Program-made: the position numbers and the translations under genes
From: a candidate division WWE3 bacterium
GTDB lineage: Bacteria; Patescibacteriota; WWE3; UBA101185; UBA10185
Length of the DNA: 64,000 nucleotides
Direction of reading: 5' to 3'
Assembly: GCA_012798115.1 (NCBI GenBank)
Contig: JAAZNV010000009.1
Span: 10,156 to 74,155, forward strand
The notes under the pieces: generated by a model
The model's database searches: none
Told to the model about the DNA's origin: nothing
Seen by the model: the letters and a program-made list of their open reading frames with translations, nothing else
Shown: piece after piece, positions 27,802 to 37,105 of the stretch
Layout: every line of letters starts with the position of its first letter
How positions within the stretch are numbered: the stretch's first letter is position 1

Positions 27802-30210
27802 TTAAAACGGAAAGTTTGTTCGGTTTATGCTTGGTTCTTCTTGTGAGGCAGGTTCTTCTGAAAGTCTTCTGTTAATGAACTCTTCAACTTCTTGAACAGG
27901 AGTTCCATATTTTATTCTTGATAATTCTCTAATCTCGTCTGCTACCCTAGGATCTTTTTTGACAGAAGATAGGTCATTCCAATCTATCCATAAAGAAAAG
28001 GGTGGGGAAGGCTGCCCTCTTACTAAAAGCCTCATATAAGCATTTCCTGTTGGAAGATTGCTTAAATCTTGTTTTGTAAATGTTGGTGCAAACTGAGGTT
28101 CTAAAAATTCTGCATCTTCTACACCGACTCTAAAAGAACATATTGTTCCAACGTTTCCAAACACAGCTTCTTTTATATCTTCTTCAAGTTGTTGAATAAA
28201 CTGATGTGCTACAGTCAAATTAAGCTTGTATTTTCTAGCTTCTGAAAGGATAGTAGCAAAATCAGGTGTGGCAAAATTTTGAAACTCATCTACATACAAG
28301 AAGAAATTAGGAAAATCTCCATGAAGCTTGTGTCTTCTTAACGCTGATGCAAGTATTCTTGGGACGAACAATAATCCGATAAAGTTGGAGTTTTCTTCAC
28401 CAATTTTCCCTTTTGCAAGGTCCACCAAAAGTATTTTCTTCTCAGCCATTATTTGGTCAAAGTTGAATGAGGATTTAGGTTGTCCAATTATATTTCTCAT
28501 AGTTTTATCTGTTGTAATTCTGTCGAATTTAGACACAAAGTATCCCATTGTTTCGCCTTTCCTACTTGCTGTTGTTTTAGCCATCTCATCTGTCCAGTAT
28601 CTTCTAACAAGAGGATCAGTTAGCTTGTCTAAAAATTTCTTGGAGTAGCTCTCGTCAATAAATAATCTCAAAACATCTATCATTGTTGCTTCTGGATCAA
28701 CCATTGCAGTAAGCATCACATTTCTAATTGATCTCTCAAGAAGAGGGCCCATTATTCCTTGCTTGTTTGGATCATATAGTTTGTAGAGTAGGGCAATAAA
28801 TGCATTTATTATCATATTTTTTTCTTCATCAGTTTGAGCTTCAAGTAAGTTGAGTCCTAAAGGCCTTTCCGTATCTGCAGCATCAAACAAAATGACATCC
28901 TCTTTCCTTTCTGGGGGTATTTTTTGAAGTAGCTCGTCAATGTCTGTTCCATGGGGGTCAATAATTGCAACCCCTTCTCCTCTTTTAATATCTTGGAGTG
29001 CGCACCACATTAAGAATTGAGACTTTCCAGATCCTGTTTGTCCAACTATATACATATGTCTTGTTCTATCTTCGTCAAGCATATGAATTTCCTTTTCCAC
29101 TCCTCTAAATATACTTTTCCCTAAGAAGATTCCTTCATCTGGTAGCTCTACTGGAGCAGAGGATTTTCTAGCGATAAGCCACAAAATATTGGGTGTACCA
29201 ATGTCTTTGTTTGGAAAATGAAATACTGTAGCCATTTCTATATTGTTTAATACAGAAACGTTTGAGTATAACTGTATGCTAAGCATTGGAATGTTTATGT
29301 TTTTAATTCTTAATCTTCTGTATATGAAATCATTTACGTATTTTTTGGGGGATATTAAGAATCTTCTTACAAATCTGTTGTATGAAACATCTGTAAACTG
29401 TTCAAATGCCCCTACCATATTATGCATTTGAGAATCTGCAGTCATCTTATCACTTGCAACTGATACTATTCTTATTTTTATATAAAACCCTGGATTGGAT
29501 ATCTTGTTCTCAACTCCTTCAAGAAACTTTTCATCTATATTTATCTTCTTGTCTGGATTTGCTGCTTTTGCTCTAACATTAGATATAAATCTTCTACCTG
29601 CCATTCTCCAATCATCATCTGCAGGTTGGATTACGTACTGAACAGCAGTTACTTGATCCACCCTCATTTTACTCATAGCTGATGTTATAGGGCTTAAAGA
29701 ATCACTCTTTAAATCTTCATATTGTTTTATTGGATAGAAAGCAGGTCCTTTGAGCTTTAACTCTGTAATTCTAGTAAATTTTCCTCTATCCCATACTTCA
29801 TGTGGTTTTACTATATCTACTTGAGCAGCAGGGTACGCTGCATTTATTTGTTTTTCCACAAGAGATGCAATTTCATCAGGTGTTACGACGTAAAAAGCTA
29901 TTCCTTCTGCCTTAGAAACTATTTCAAAGGATATTCTATATTGCCCTGTAAATAATGCTTTCCAAAAACCTTTTTTAAACCCAATGAGGCTAGAAAACAT
30001 ATGTTCTGCGGCTTTTATTTCTATCTCATTGTCATTAGGTAAAAGAACTTGAAAAAACGTTAAGTTATATTGTGTTTGTTTCTCCTTTCTTTTCCTAAGC
30101 CATGAAGCAACTCCTAGAGTGATAAATGTCAATAAAAACACAGAAACTATCAAGTAAATAGAAATCCAAAATGTATTGTATAAAGTGTTATTTACTTCCA
30201 TGGGCAGCAA
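27802..30210 (-). CDS. FtsK/HerA-superfamily P-loop ATPase of the T4SS VirB4/VirD4 (TraC/TraG) type, N-terminal TM anchor
   Basis: One N-terminal TM. Walker A HMYIVGQTGSGKSQ followed by GEGVAIIDPHG. Walker B FLYVDEFQNF then SEARKYKLNLTVAHQ, matching the VirB4/VirD4 pattern DEF...aRKyg..l.l.tQ. Confidence 0.6.
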   Translation of the reverse strand: MLPMEVNNTLYNTFWISIYLIVSVFLLTFITLGVASWLRKRKEKQTQYNLTFFQVLLPNDNEIEIKAAEHMFSSLIGFKKGFWKALFTGQYRISFEIVSKAEGIAFYVVTPDEIASLVEKQINAAYPAAQVDIVKPHEVWDRGKFTRITELKLKGPAFYPIKQYEDLKSDSLSPITSAMSKMRVDQVTAVQYVIQPADDDWRMAGRRFISNVRAKAANPDKKINIDEKFLEGVENKISNPGFYIKIRIVSVASDKMTADSQMHNMVGAFEQFTDVSYNRFVRRFLISPKKYVNDFIYRRLRIKNINIPMLSIQLYSNVSVLNNIEMATVFHFPNKDIGTPNILWLIARKSSAPVELPDEGIFLGKSIFRGVEKEIHMLDEDRTRHMYIVGQTGSGKSQFLMWCALQDIKRGEGVAIIDPHGTDIDELLQKIPPERKEDVILFDAADTERPLGLNLLEAQTDEEKNMIINAFIALLYKLYDPNKQGIMGPLLERSIRNVMLTAMVDPEATMIDVLRLFIDESYSKKFLDKLTDPLVRRYWTDEMAKTTASRKGETMGYFVSKFDRITTDKTMRNIIGQPKSSFNFDQIMAEKKILLVDLAKGKIGEENSNFIGLLFVPRILASALRRHKLHGDFPNFFLYVDEFQNFATPDFATILSEARKYKLNLTVAHQFIQQLEEDIKEAVFGNVGTICSFRVGVEDAEFLEPQFAPTFTKQDLSNLPTGNAYMRLLVRGQPSPPFSLWIDWNDLSSVKKDPRVADEIRELSRIKYGTPVQEVEEFINRRLSEEPASQEEPSINRTNFPF

Positions 30211-30514
30211 ATCCTTTTAATGCTTCTTTTTCTTCTAGTGAAGCTAGGCTAGTAATTTTATCTGTTTTATCTAGCAGCTCCGTTTTTGTTTTTGGCTCTA
30301 ACTCTTCTGTTCCTATGAGCGATGAGATAGAATGATCCCCATTACTGTATTCTTGCTGGGGTACTTCTTCTTTTGCTATTGTTAGTACTGTGTCTGATTC
30401 TGCGCTACCTCCATCTTCTGGTATTATTCCAGAAACAAATTCTCGTGAAGCTGCTTGTTGTATGGAATCAGATTCTTCTTGTGGAACTTCACCAATAACA
30501 GGTAGTTTAATCAT
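30188..30514 (-). CDS. Small acidic, low-complexity protein; weakly supported
   Basis: 108 aa rich in E/S/T, overlapping the ATPase start by 23 nt. No motif. Confidence 0.25.
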   Translation of the reverse strand: MIKLPVIGEVPQEESDSIQQAASREFVSGIIPEDGGSAESDTVLTIAKEEVPQQEYSNGDHSISSLIGTEELEPKTKTELLDKTDKITSLASLEEKEALKGFAAHGSK

Positions 30515-30570
30515 AGAAATATTTTAGCATTAACAAGGAGAAAATTAACAATTTAACAATGTAGTGTAAA

Positions 30571-30975
30571 TTATCTTCTTTTAGTTCCTTTGAAATATCT
30601 CTTTCTTATCTTGTCTGCTTCATCTTCAACTGACTCTGAAAAATCTTGTATAGTGTCCATGATAGGACCTTTTTCTTTTTCAAATTCCTTCTTTGCCTTT
30701 TCTATTTTTTCTTTCGTTTCTTCGATCATTGGTTCTGTTTGTTCTTTAAGATCCTCGTACTTAACCTTTGCTTTTCCATACTCAACCTTAGCTTTCTCTG
30801 CATACTTCTTACCTTTATCTTCATATTCCTTTGCAATTTTCTTAACTTTCTTTCTTGTTTCTTCTCCTTTATCTGGAGCAAAAAGAACTCCAAATATAGT
30901 TCCAGCTATTGTTCCCCAAAACAACCCTTTGAAAAAAGAACCACCACTTCTACGATGATAATGCCTATCTGTCAT
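30571..30975 (-). CDS. YtxH-like membrane-anchored coiled-coil stress protein
   Basis: N-terminal TM (GLFWGTIAGTIFGVLFA) followed by a K/E-rich helix (KKYAEKAKVEYGKAKVKYEDLKEQ). Confidence 0.45.
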   Translation of the reverse strand: MTDRHYHRRSGGSFFKGLFWGTIAGTIFGVLFAPDKGEETRKKVKKIAKEYEDKGKKYAEKAKVEYGKAKVKYEDLKEQTEPMIEETKEKIEKAKKEFEKEKGPIMDTIQDFSESVEDEADKIRKRYFKGTKRR

Positions 30976-31257
30976 TTATATTTCCTCCTCATCATAATCA
31001 TCTTCGTCCTCAAAGGCCCCAACTATAGATCTGATGGTTTTTAAACCTTTTGATATTCCTCCAGCAATTCCCATAACTGTGGTCATAGGTATAGCTAGAG
31101 ATGAGGTAATTTTTTTACCTATCTTGGATATTTCTTTAACGTTTTCTGCAGTTTCCTTTATATCTTTTAAGACAAATATCAAATACAACGAAACAGCTGT
31201 TAAAGAAACAATAAAAACTATTAAGGAAATTGTTAAAATTATTTGTAGTGTTTCCAT
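30976..31257 (-). CDS. DUF948-like small membrane protein
   Basis: N-terminal TM plus an amphipathic helix and an acidic tail; frequently paired with YtxH-like genes. Confidence 0.4.
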   Translation of the reverse strand: METLQIILTISLIVFIVSLTAVSLYLIFVLKDIKETAENVKEISKIGKKITSSLAIPMTTVMGIAGGISKGLKTIRSIVGAFEDEDDYDEEEI

Positions 31258-31360
31258 AGGCAGTTTAATAAGTTAAGTATAATCCTGCTTTTAAATTATA
31301 GTCAATGTTTTGATATACTCTTAAGAGTTTAGAAATTTAAAATTGGAAGGGGTGTTTTAA

Positions 31361-31600
31361 ATGGACGATAATTTAACACAAGCAATACCAACAGACCAAG
31401 CGCAAGATACAGGACTACCACCTCAAGATGGTAATTCTGCAATCCCAGCAATGGATTCAACAGAAGAAAAAGTAGAAGAACCTACATTAGAAGAAGCTCC
31501 TATAACAGAGGCTCCTTTGGATGAAGGTTTAGAAGAGCCTGAAGAAGAGTCCTTTGAGGATGAAATAGTTGATGATGATTCTGGTGATAGCAAGCTTTAA
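31361..31600 (+). CDS. Small highly acidic, probably disordered protein
   Basis: 79 aa, about 35% D/E. SD-like GGAAGGGG 8 nt upstream of the ATG. Confidence 0.35.
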   Translation: MDDNLTQAIPTDQAQDTGLPPQDGNSAIPAMDSTEEKVEEPTLEEAPITEAPLDEGLEEPEEESFEDEIVDDDSGDSKL

Positions 31601-31634
31601 GTTCTGGTTTTTGTTTAACAAGTCTTGTTAAAGA

Positions 31635-31661
31635 AAGAAGGGCGCTTGAGGCGCCCTTCTT
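31635..31661 (-). terminator. Rho-independent terminator of dnaK (GC-rich 11-bp stem, 5-nt loop)
   Basis: AAGAAGGGCGC-ttgag-GCGCCCTTCTT. On the minus strand it is followed by TTCTTTCTTT. Lies 20 nt downstream of the dnaK stop. Confidence 0.7.
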
Positions 31662-31681
31662 ACGTGAACCTTAAGTAACTC

Positions 31682-33565
31682 TTACTCAACTACTTCGCCT
31701 TCAACAGGTTCATCTTTCTTATCTTTATTACCGTCTTCTGGATCTTTTTGCTCATTAGAATTGCCTTGCTCTCCTTGTTTATACATGTATTGTCCAATCT
31801 TTTGCATTGATAGAGAAAGTTCTTGAGTTTTTTGCTTTAAAGTTTCTGCTGATGCAGTTTGAAGATTGTCTTTAATATCTTTTACTTTATCTTCAATTTC
31901 CTTTTTAACATCTGCTGGTATTTTATCTCCAGCTTCTCTCAGTGATTTTTCTGCTGTATAACACAAACCATCTGCTTGATTTCTTGCTTCAACTTCTTCT
32001 TTTCTCTTTTTATCTTCTTCAGCATGAGATTCTGATTCTTTTACCATCTTTTCAACTTCTTCTTTTGATAATCCAGTTCCTCCTTGGATTGTTATCTTTT
32101 GTTCCTTTCCTGATGCTTTATCTTTTGCAGTAACATTTAAGATACCATTGGCATCAATATCAAAAGTAACTTCAACTTGAGGCATACCTCTTGGAGCTGG
32201 AGGAATTCCATCAAGAATGAATCTTCCAAGAGATTTATTGTCGGAAGCCATTTCTCTTTCTCCCTGCAATACATTTATTTCAACACTTGTTTGATTATCA
32301 GCAGCAGTAGAAAACACTTGGCTTTTTTGTGTTGGAATAGTCGTATTTCTGTTTATAAGAGGAGTGGAGACACCCCCAAGGGTTTCTATACCTAATGTCA
32401 AGGGAGTTACATCGAGTAAAAGTACATCTTTTACATCTCCTGCAAGTACGCCTCCTTGAATTGCTGCACCTACAGCAACAACTTCGTCAGGGTTAATGCT
32501 TTTATTTGGTTCTTTACCAAAAAAGTCTTTAACAATTTGATTAACCTTAGGCATTCTCGTCATTCCTCCAACTAAAACTACTTCGTCTATCTGGTTCTTT
32601 GAAAGACCTGAGTCTTTTAAGGCATTTTCAATAGGAGATATTGTCTTTTGGATTAAGTCATCCACCAGTTGTTCTAGTTTAGATCTGGAGAGTTTGATAT
32701 CTAAATGTTTAGGTCCGCTCTTGTCTGCTGTGATAAACGGGATATTAATTTCAGTTTCCATTGTTGAAGAAAGTTCTATCTTAGCTTTTTCTGCTGCATC
32801 CTTAAGTCTTTGCATTGCTTGTCTATCACTAGACAAGTCAATTCCGTTTTCTTTCTTAAATTCCTCAAGAAGGTAGTTTATTACTCTTTGATCAAAATCA
32901 TCCCCACCAAGATATGTATCTCCATTTGTAGCTTTTACTTCAAAGACGCCATCTCCAATCTCAAGTACTGATACATCAAAAGTTCCACCCCCAAGATCAT
33001 ATACGACAATCTTCTCATTCTTTTTCTTATCAAGACCATACGCTAAGGATGAAGCTGTGGGCTCGTTAATGATTCTTTTGACTTCAAATCCAGCTATCTG
33101 GCCTGCTTCCTTTGTAGCTGTTCTTTGGGAATCATTAAAGTATGCAGGAACTGTGATTATTGCTTCTGTTATTTTTTGGCCTAAGAAAGTTTCAGCATCA
33201 GATTTCATTTTAGCCAATATCTTTGCAGATACTTCTTGAGGTGTGTAAGTTTTTCCTTCTATTTCTACACATGCAAGACCGTTTTGTCCTTCAACTATCT
33301 CATAAGGATAGTTCTTCTTTATTTTTTGAACCTCAGGGTCTGAATACTTTCTACCCATTAATCTTTTGATTGAAAAGATAGTGTTTTTTGGGTTTACCAC
33401 TTGTTGTCTTTTTGCTGGAACACCAACTATGTTTTGGTCTGGCACTACTATTGAAGGAGTAGTGTTTCCACCTTCCACGTTTGGTATTACTTTTGTGGTG
33501 CCACCCTCCATTACAGCCATACAGCTGTTAGTTGTTCCTAAGTCTATTCCTAATATTTTTGACAT
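31682..33565 (-). CDS. dnaK: Chaperone DnaK (Hsp70)
   Basis: [18 protein letters not shown]...; full Hsp70 signatures. Confidence 0.97.
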   Translation of the reverse strand: MSKILGIDLGTTNSCMAVMEGGTTKVIPNVEGGNTTPSIVVPDQNIVGVPAKRQQVVNPKNTIFSIKRLMGRKYSDPEVQKIKKNYPYEIVEGQNGLACVEIEGKTYTPQEVSAKILAKMKSDAETFLGQKITEAIITVPAYFNDSQRTATKEAGQIAGFEVKRIINEPTASSLAYGLDKKKNEKIVVYDLGGGTFDVSVLEIGDGVFEVKATNGDTYLGGDDFDQRVINYLLEEFKKENGIDLSSDRQAMQRLKDAAEKAKIELSSTMETEINIPFITADKSGPKHLDIKLSRSKLEQLVDDLIQKTISPIENALKDSGLSKNQIDEVVLVGGMTRMPKVNQIVKDFFGKEPNKSINPDEVVAVGAAIQGGVLAGDVKDVLLLDVTPLTLGIETLGGVSTPLINRNTTIPTQKSQVFSTAADNQTSVEINVLQGEREMASDNKSLGRFILDGIPPAPRGMPQVEVTFDIDANGILNVTAKDKASGKEQKITIQGGTGLSKEEVEKMVKESESHAEEDKKRKEEVEARNQADGLCYTAEKSLREAGDKIPADVKKEIEDKVKDIKDNLQTASAETLKQKTQELSLSMQKIGQYMYKQGEQGNSNEQKDPEDGNKDKKDEPVEGEVVE

Positions 33566-33579
33566 ATTTTCCTCCTTAA

Positions 33580-34074
33580 TTATTTACCAACTACTACTTT
33601 GGCTGGTCTTAATAATTTTCCATTTAATAAGTAACCATTACTTAGTACTTTTAAAACTTTGTCTTTTTCACCTTCACCAGTCTCAACAGCTTCCATTTCA
33701 TTTGAATTAAAATCCTTTCCCAATGCTTTTATCTCTTCAACGCCCATAAATGAAAGTGTTTGCTTAAAATCTTTTAATGTTAGTTCTAAACCTTTATCTT
33801 TAATGTGTTCTCCAATTTTTTCTAAGTTATCCAAAAATGGAAGGATATCTTCTATTGTTTGTTTTTTTATATAAAAAGCTAGTTGTTCCTTATCTTCTAA
33901 TACTCTTTTTTCTAAATTTTTGTAATCAGCTAGTGCTCTTTTCCAATTATTCTCCAAGTCTTTCACTTTTCCTTCTAAATGTTTAATGTGTTTTTGGCAC
34001 TTTTCTAGCTCTTCAATTTTTTTGTCTTTCACTTCTTTCATATTTGAATCCAGGCAGTGAGTATCTATTACCAA
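33580..34074 (-). CDS. grpE: Nucleotide exchange factor GrpE
   Basis: Coiled-coil N-terminus and C-terminal GrpE beta-domain (…[14 protein letters not shown]). Positioned between hrcA and dnaK. Confidence 0.8.
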   Translation of the reverse strand: MVIDTHCLDSNMKEVKDKKIEELEKCQKHIKHLEGKVKDLENNWKRALADYKNLEKRVLEDKEQLAFYIKKQTIEDILPFLDNLEKIGEHIKDKGLELTLKDFKQTLSFMGVEEIKALGKDFNSNEMEAVETGEGEKDKVLKVLSNGYLLNGKLLRPAKVVVGK

Positions 34075-34790
34075 GAACCACCTAGTTCTTCCAAAAGTTT
34101 CTTAGTATATTTGACTATTGGAATTATTCTTGAGTAGTTCAGTCTTGATGGTCCTAAGACTGCAAGATAACCTCCCTTTTCACCTATCTTAAATGGTGTA
34201 AAAATTATTGTACCTTTTTGTAGATTTTCTGTTGGAATTTCGTCCCCAATTAGTGTGTAAATATCTTGTCCTGGAGCAACACTTTGAAATATTCTGTCTA
34301 ATATTTCATAGCTATCTAATATTCTTAATGCTGATTTAGCAATGTCTATATCCCAAAATTCTTTGTATTCAAGAACATTAACTGCTCCTGCATACGTTAC
34401 AAAACCTTCGTTTGTTGTTGCTATCGATAGGCATCCTGTTGCTTCTGACATTGCAAGGGTAGTTTCTCTAAGTAGTTTTTCTACCTCAAATCTATTTGTC
34501 CAAAGCCTTTGTTTTAAAGCTACTTCTTGAAGTACTGGTAACTCTTCTTCTTGCATCATTTCTTCTATGTACATTTTGTATGCCATTTTGGTTGGAACTC
34601 TCCCAGACGATGTATGAAGCATTTCAAGAAAACCCATGTCAATGAGTTTTGCCATTTCATTCCTTATTGTTGCTGGAGAGCAGTGTAAGTTATGGTTTCT
34701 GACTATCTCAACAGACCCAACGGGTTCTGCTGTGTTTATGTAGTCATCTATTATTGCTTGAAGTAGTTCTATTTGTCTTTCTGTTAACAT
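34068..34790 (-). CDS. hrcA: Heat-inducible transcription repressor HrcA (compact, 240 aa)
   Basis: MLTERQIELLQAIIDDYINTAEPVGSVEI...; winged-helix N-terminus typical of HrcA. Overlaps grpE by 7 nt. Confidence 0.8.
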   Translation of the reverse strand: MLTERQIELLQAIIDDYINTAEPVGSVEIVRNHNLHCSPATIRNEMAKLIDMGFLEMLHTSSGRVPTKMAYKMYIEEMMQEEELPVLQEVALKQRLWTNRFEVEKLLRETTLAMSEATGCLSIATTNEGFVTYAGAVNVLEYKEFWDIDIAKSALRILDSYEILDRIFQSVAPGQDIYTLIGDEIPTENLQKGTIIFTPFKIGEKGGYLAVLGPSRLNYSRIIPIVKYTKKLLEELGGSW

Positions 34791-34791
34791 A

Positions 34792-34827
34792 TTATCAGTA
34801 ATATACCATGAGTGCTAAGAGTGTCAA
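34792..34827 (-). promoter_or_regulatory. hrcA-grpE-dnaK promoter (-35 TTGACA, 16-nt spacer, -10 TATATT) giving an essentially leaderless hrcA mRNA, overlapped by a CIRCE-like inverted repeat
   Basis: Minus-strand reading: ggggTTGACActcttagcactcatggTATATTactgataatATG. The element TTAGCACTC-N9-TACTGATAA (34792-34818) has a perfect left CIRCE half-site and 9-nt spacer, but only 6 of 9 matches in the right half. Confidence 0.5.
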
Positions 34828-34945
34828 CCCCTATTTGCAAAACATTATGCGGTATCCGATCAGATTGTATTGCTGACTTTAAAATGAGGGACTGCATTAG
34901 GGAGAAAATACTAGAAAAAGACAAAGTGAAGAAGTAATAAAAGAT

Positions 34946-34973
34946 TAGCCAATCTAAAACACCTGATTGGCTA
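34946..34973 (-). terminator. Rho-independent terminator of lepA (9-bp stem TAGCCAATC/GATTGGCTA, 10-nt loop)
   Basis: The inverted repeat overlaps the lepA stop codon. On the minus strand it is followed by TCTTTTATT. Confidence 0.55.
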
Positions 34974-36767
34974 TTTTGTTAGTATCTGTCTAAATGCTTC
35001 TTGAGGTATATCTACTTTTCCTATCCTCTTCATTCTTTCTTTCCCTTTCTTTTGAATGTCTAAAAGCTTATCCTTTCTTTCTCTATGTCCACCAGACATT
35101 TTGGCAAGCACATTCTTCCTTAGTGCTGGTATATCTTCTCTTGAAATTATCTTTCCTCCAACTGCTGCTTGGAGAGACACTGCAAATTGTTGTCTTGGAA
35201 TAACATCTTTAAGTTTCTTAAGAAGGGATTTTCCTATTACATCTGCCTTTGATCTTAAAACAACGTTAGATAAAGGTTCCACTATACTTCCATGAACTAA
35301 AATATCTAATTTTACTGCATCGACAGCTCTATAATCCAAGAATTCGTAATCCAAACTTGCAAATCCAGAAGATACACTTTTCAAGTCATCAAAGAAATTA
35401 TAAATAAGCTCGGAAAGAGGAAGTTCATATTCAAAGACTATATTGTTTTCATTTGGATACTCCATCTTTTTTAATATTCCTCTTCTGTCATTGCACAAGG
35501 ACATAACATTTCCTGAATATTGAGAAGGGCATATAATTGTGCACAGTATCCAAGGCTCCTTGATTTCTTGGATGCTTGATCTGTCTGGGAGGTCTGATGG
35601 TGTTCTAACATAAAGTGTTTCTTCTTTTGTATTTAAGATTTCATATTCCACTGCCGGGGTAGTGGATATTAAGTTTAAGCTATACTCCCTTTCTAATCTT
35701 TCTTGAATAATATCTGCATGAAGAAGGCCCAAAAAACCACATCTAAATCCAAATCCTAATGCAGAGTTGCTTTCTGGTTCATAGTACAGTGATGAGTCTG
35801 AAAGAGATAACCTTTCTAAAGCTTCCCTTAATTGGTTAAACTTTGAATTATCTATTGGATAAAGAGATACAAATACAAATGGTTTTACCTCTTTATACCC
35901 AGCTAGGGGAGTTGCAGGCTCATTTTCCCAGCATACGGTATCTCCAACCTTAACAGAATGAATATCTTTTAAACCTGTTGCAATGTATCCAACCTCTCCT
36001 GTTTTAAGAGAGTTTGTCTTGAATCGTTTAAGCTTAAAATAGCCAACTTCTTCTGGGATAGATGCTTTTCTTGTAGCTAAGAACTTTATCTTTCTTCCAT
36101 TTTCTATATTGAACTCTCCATCTACTACTTTTATTGCAGCAACTACGCCAAGATATTCATCATAAGCTGAGTCAAAGATTAATGCTCTTGAAGGGCTTTT
36201 TTCCATTCCAATTGGAGCTGGAATTACCTTAATTATCCTTTCTAGCATTTCTTTTACCCCCTCACCTGTTTTTGCAGATACCTTTAAAATGTCTTCTTTC
36301 TTGAAACCAAATGTACTTGAAATATCTTCTTCAAGTGTTTCTACATCACCAATGTTCATATCTATTTTGTTTATTACAGGAATAATTTTTAAATTAGCCT
36401 CCTTGGCTTTATAGTAGTTTGATACTGTTTGAGCTTGTATACCTTGTGTTTTATCAATTAGAAGTACGGCTCCTTCACAGGCTGCAAGAGATCTAAATAC
36501 TTCATATGTAAAGTCTACATGCCCGGGGGTATCAATAAGATTTAGTTGATAGTCTTTATATTGCATTCTTACTGCCTTAAGTTTTATTGTTATTCCTTTT
36601 TCTCTTTCTAGATCCATTGAATCAAGTGTTTGTTTTACTATATTTCTTTGATCTACAGCATGTGTTATTTCTAATAATCTATCTGCTAAGGTAGATTTTC
36701 CATGATCTATGTGGGCTATTATACAAAAGTTTCTAATTTGAGACTGATTCATGAGGTGATTATACAT
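34971..36767 (-). CDS. lepA: Elongation factor 4 (LepA)
   Basis: IRNFCIIAHIDHGKSTLADRLL...; GTPase G1-G4 motifs plus the LepA C-terminal domain. Confidence 0.95.
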   Translation of the reverse strand: MYNHLMNQSQIRNFCIIAHIDHGKSTLADRLLEITHAVDQRNIVKQTLDSMDLEREKGITIKLKAVRMQYKDYQLNLIDTPGHVDFTYEVFRSLAACEGAVLLIDKTQGIQAQTVSNYYKAKEANLKIIPVINKIDMNIGDVETLEEDISSTFGFKKEDILKVSAKTGEGVKEMLERIIKVIPAPIGMEKSPSRALIFDSAYDEYLGVVAAIKVVDGEFNIENGRKIKFLATRKASIPEEVGYFKLKRFKTNSLKTGEVGYIATGLKDIHSVKVGDTVCWENEPATPLAGYKEVKPFVFVSLYPIDNSKFNQLREALERLSLSDSSLYYEPESNSALGFGFRCGFLGLLHADIIQERLEREYSLNLISTTPAVEYEILNTKEETLYVRTPSDLPDRSSIQEIKEPWILCTIICPSQYSGNVMSLCNDRRGILKKMEYPNENNIVFEYELPLSELIYNFFDDLKSVSSGFASLDYEFLDYRAVDAVKLDILVHGSIVEPLSNVVLRSKADVIGKSLLKKLKDVIPRQQFAVSLQAAVGGKIISREDIPALRKNVLAKMSGGHRERKDKLLDIQKKGKERMKRIGKVDIPQEAFRQILTK

Positions 36768-36834
36768 AAAATCCTAAAAAGGAGCTTATATTAAAATAAA
36801 AGTGCGAAGTTATTTATTTCTCCGCACTTAAATG

Positions 36835-37104
36835 TTAAGTACTCTCTACCTTTTCAATACCTGGCTGATCTTTTAGGAAAATAATTATTTCCTCAGCCAT
36901 TTTCTTAGAACAGCTTAATTTGAGCTTCGTTCCATTTTCGTAGTTCTCCCCAACCACTGGTATCGCAAACTTTCTTATCAAAAAGAGTTCAAGATTAGGG
37001 TTGCAAGGTTCAACCCAAATGTATTGCTTACCAAAGATACACATGAACACTCTCCTTCTTGTATGTTTAGCAGAGATTATATAGATATGATACTTTTTAA
37101 TCAA
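36835..37104 (-). CDS. Small hypothetical protein
   Basis: 89 aa, no recognised motif. Ends 2 nt after the murJ stop. Confidence 0.3.
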   Translation of the reverse strand: MIKKYHIYIISAKHTRRRVFMCIFGKQYIWVEPCNPNLELFLIRKFAIPVVGENYENGTKLKLSCSKKMAEEIIIFLKDQPGIEKVEST

Positions 37105-37105
37105 A

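Noticed and set aside
30590-31276. Plus-strand ORFs 30590-30958, 30646-31044 and 31034-31276, opposite the YtxH/DUF948 genes
   Set aside because: Phe/Leu/Ser-rich mirror frames of Lys/Glu-rich coding sequence. No independent signals.
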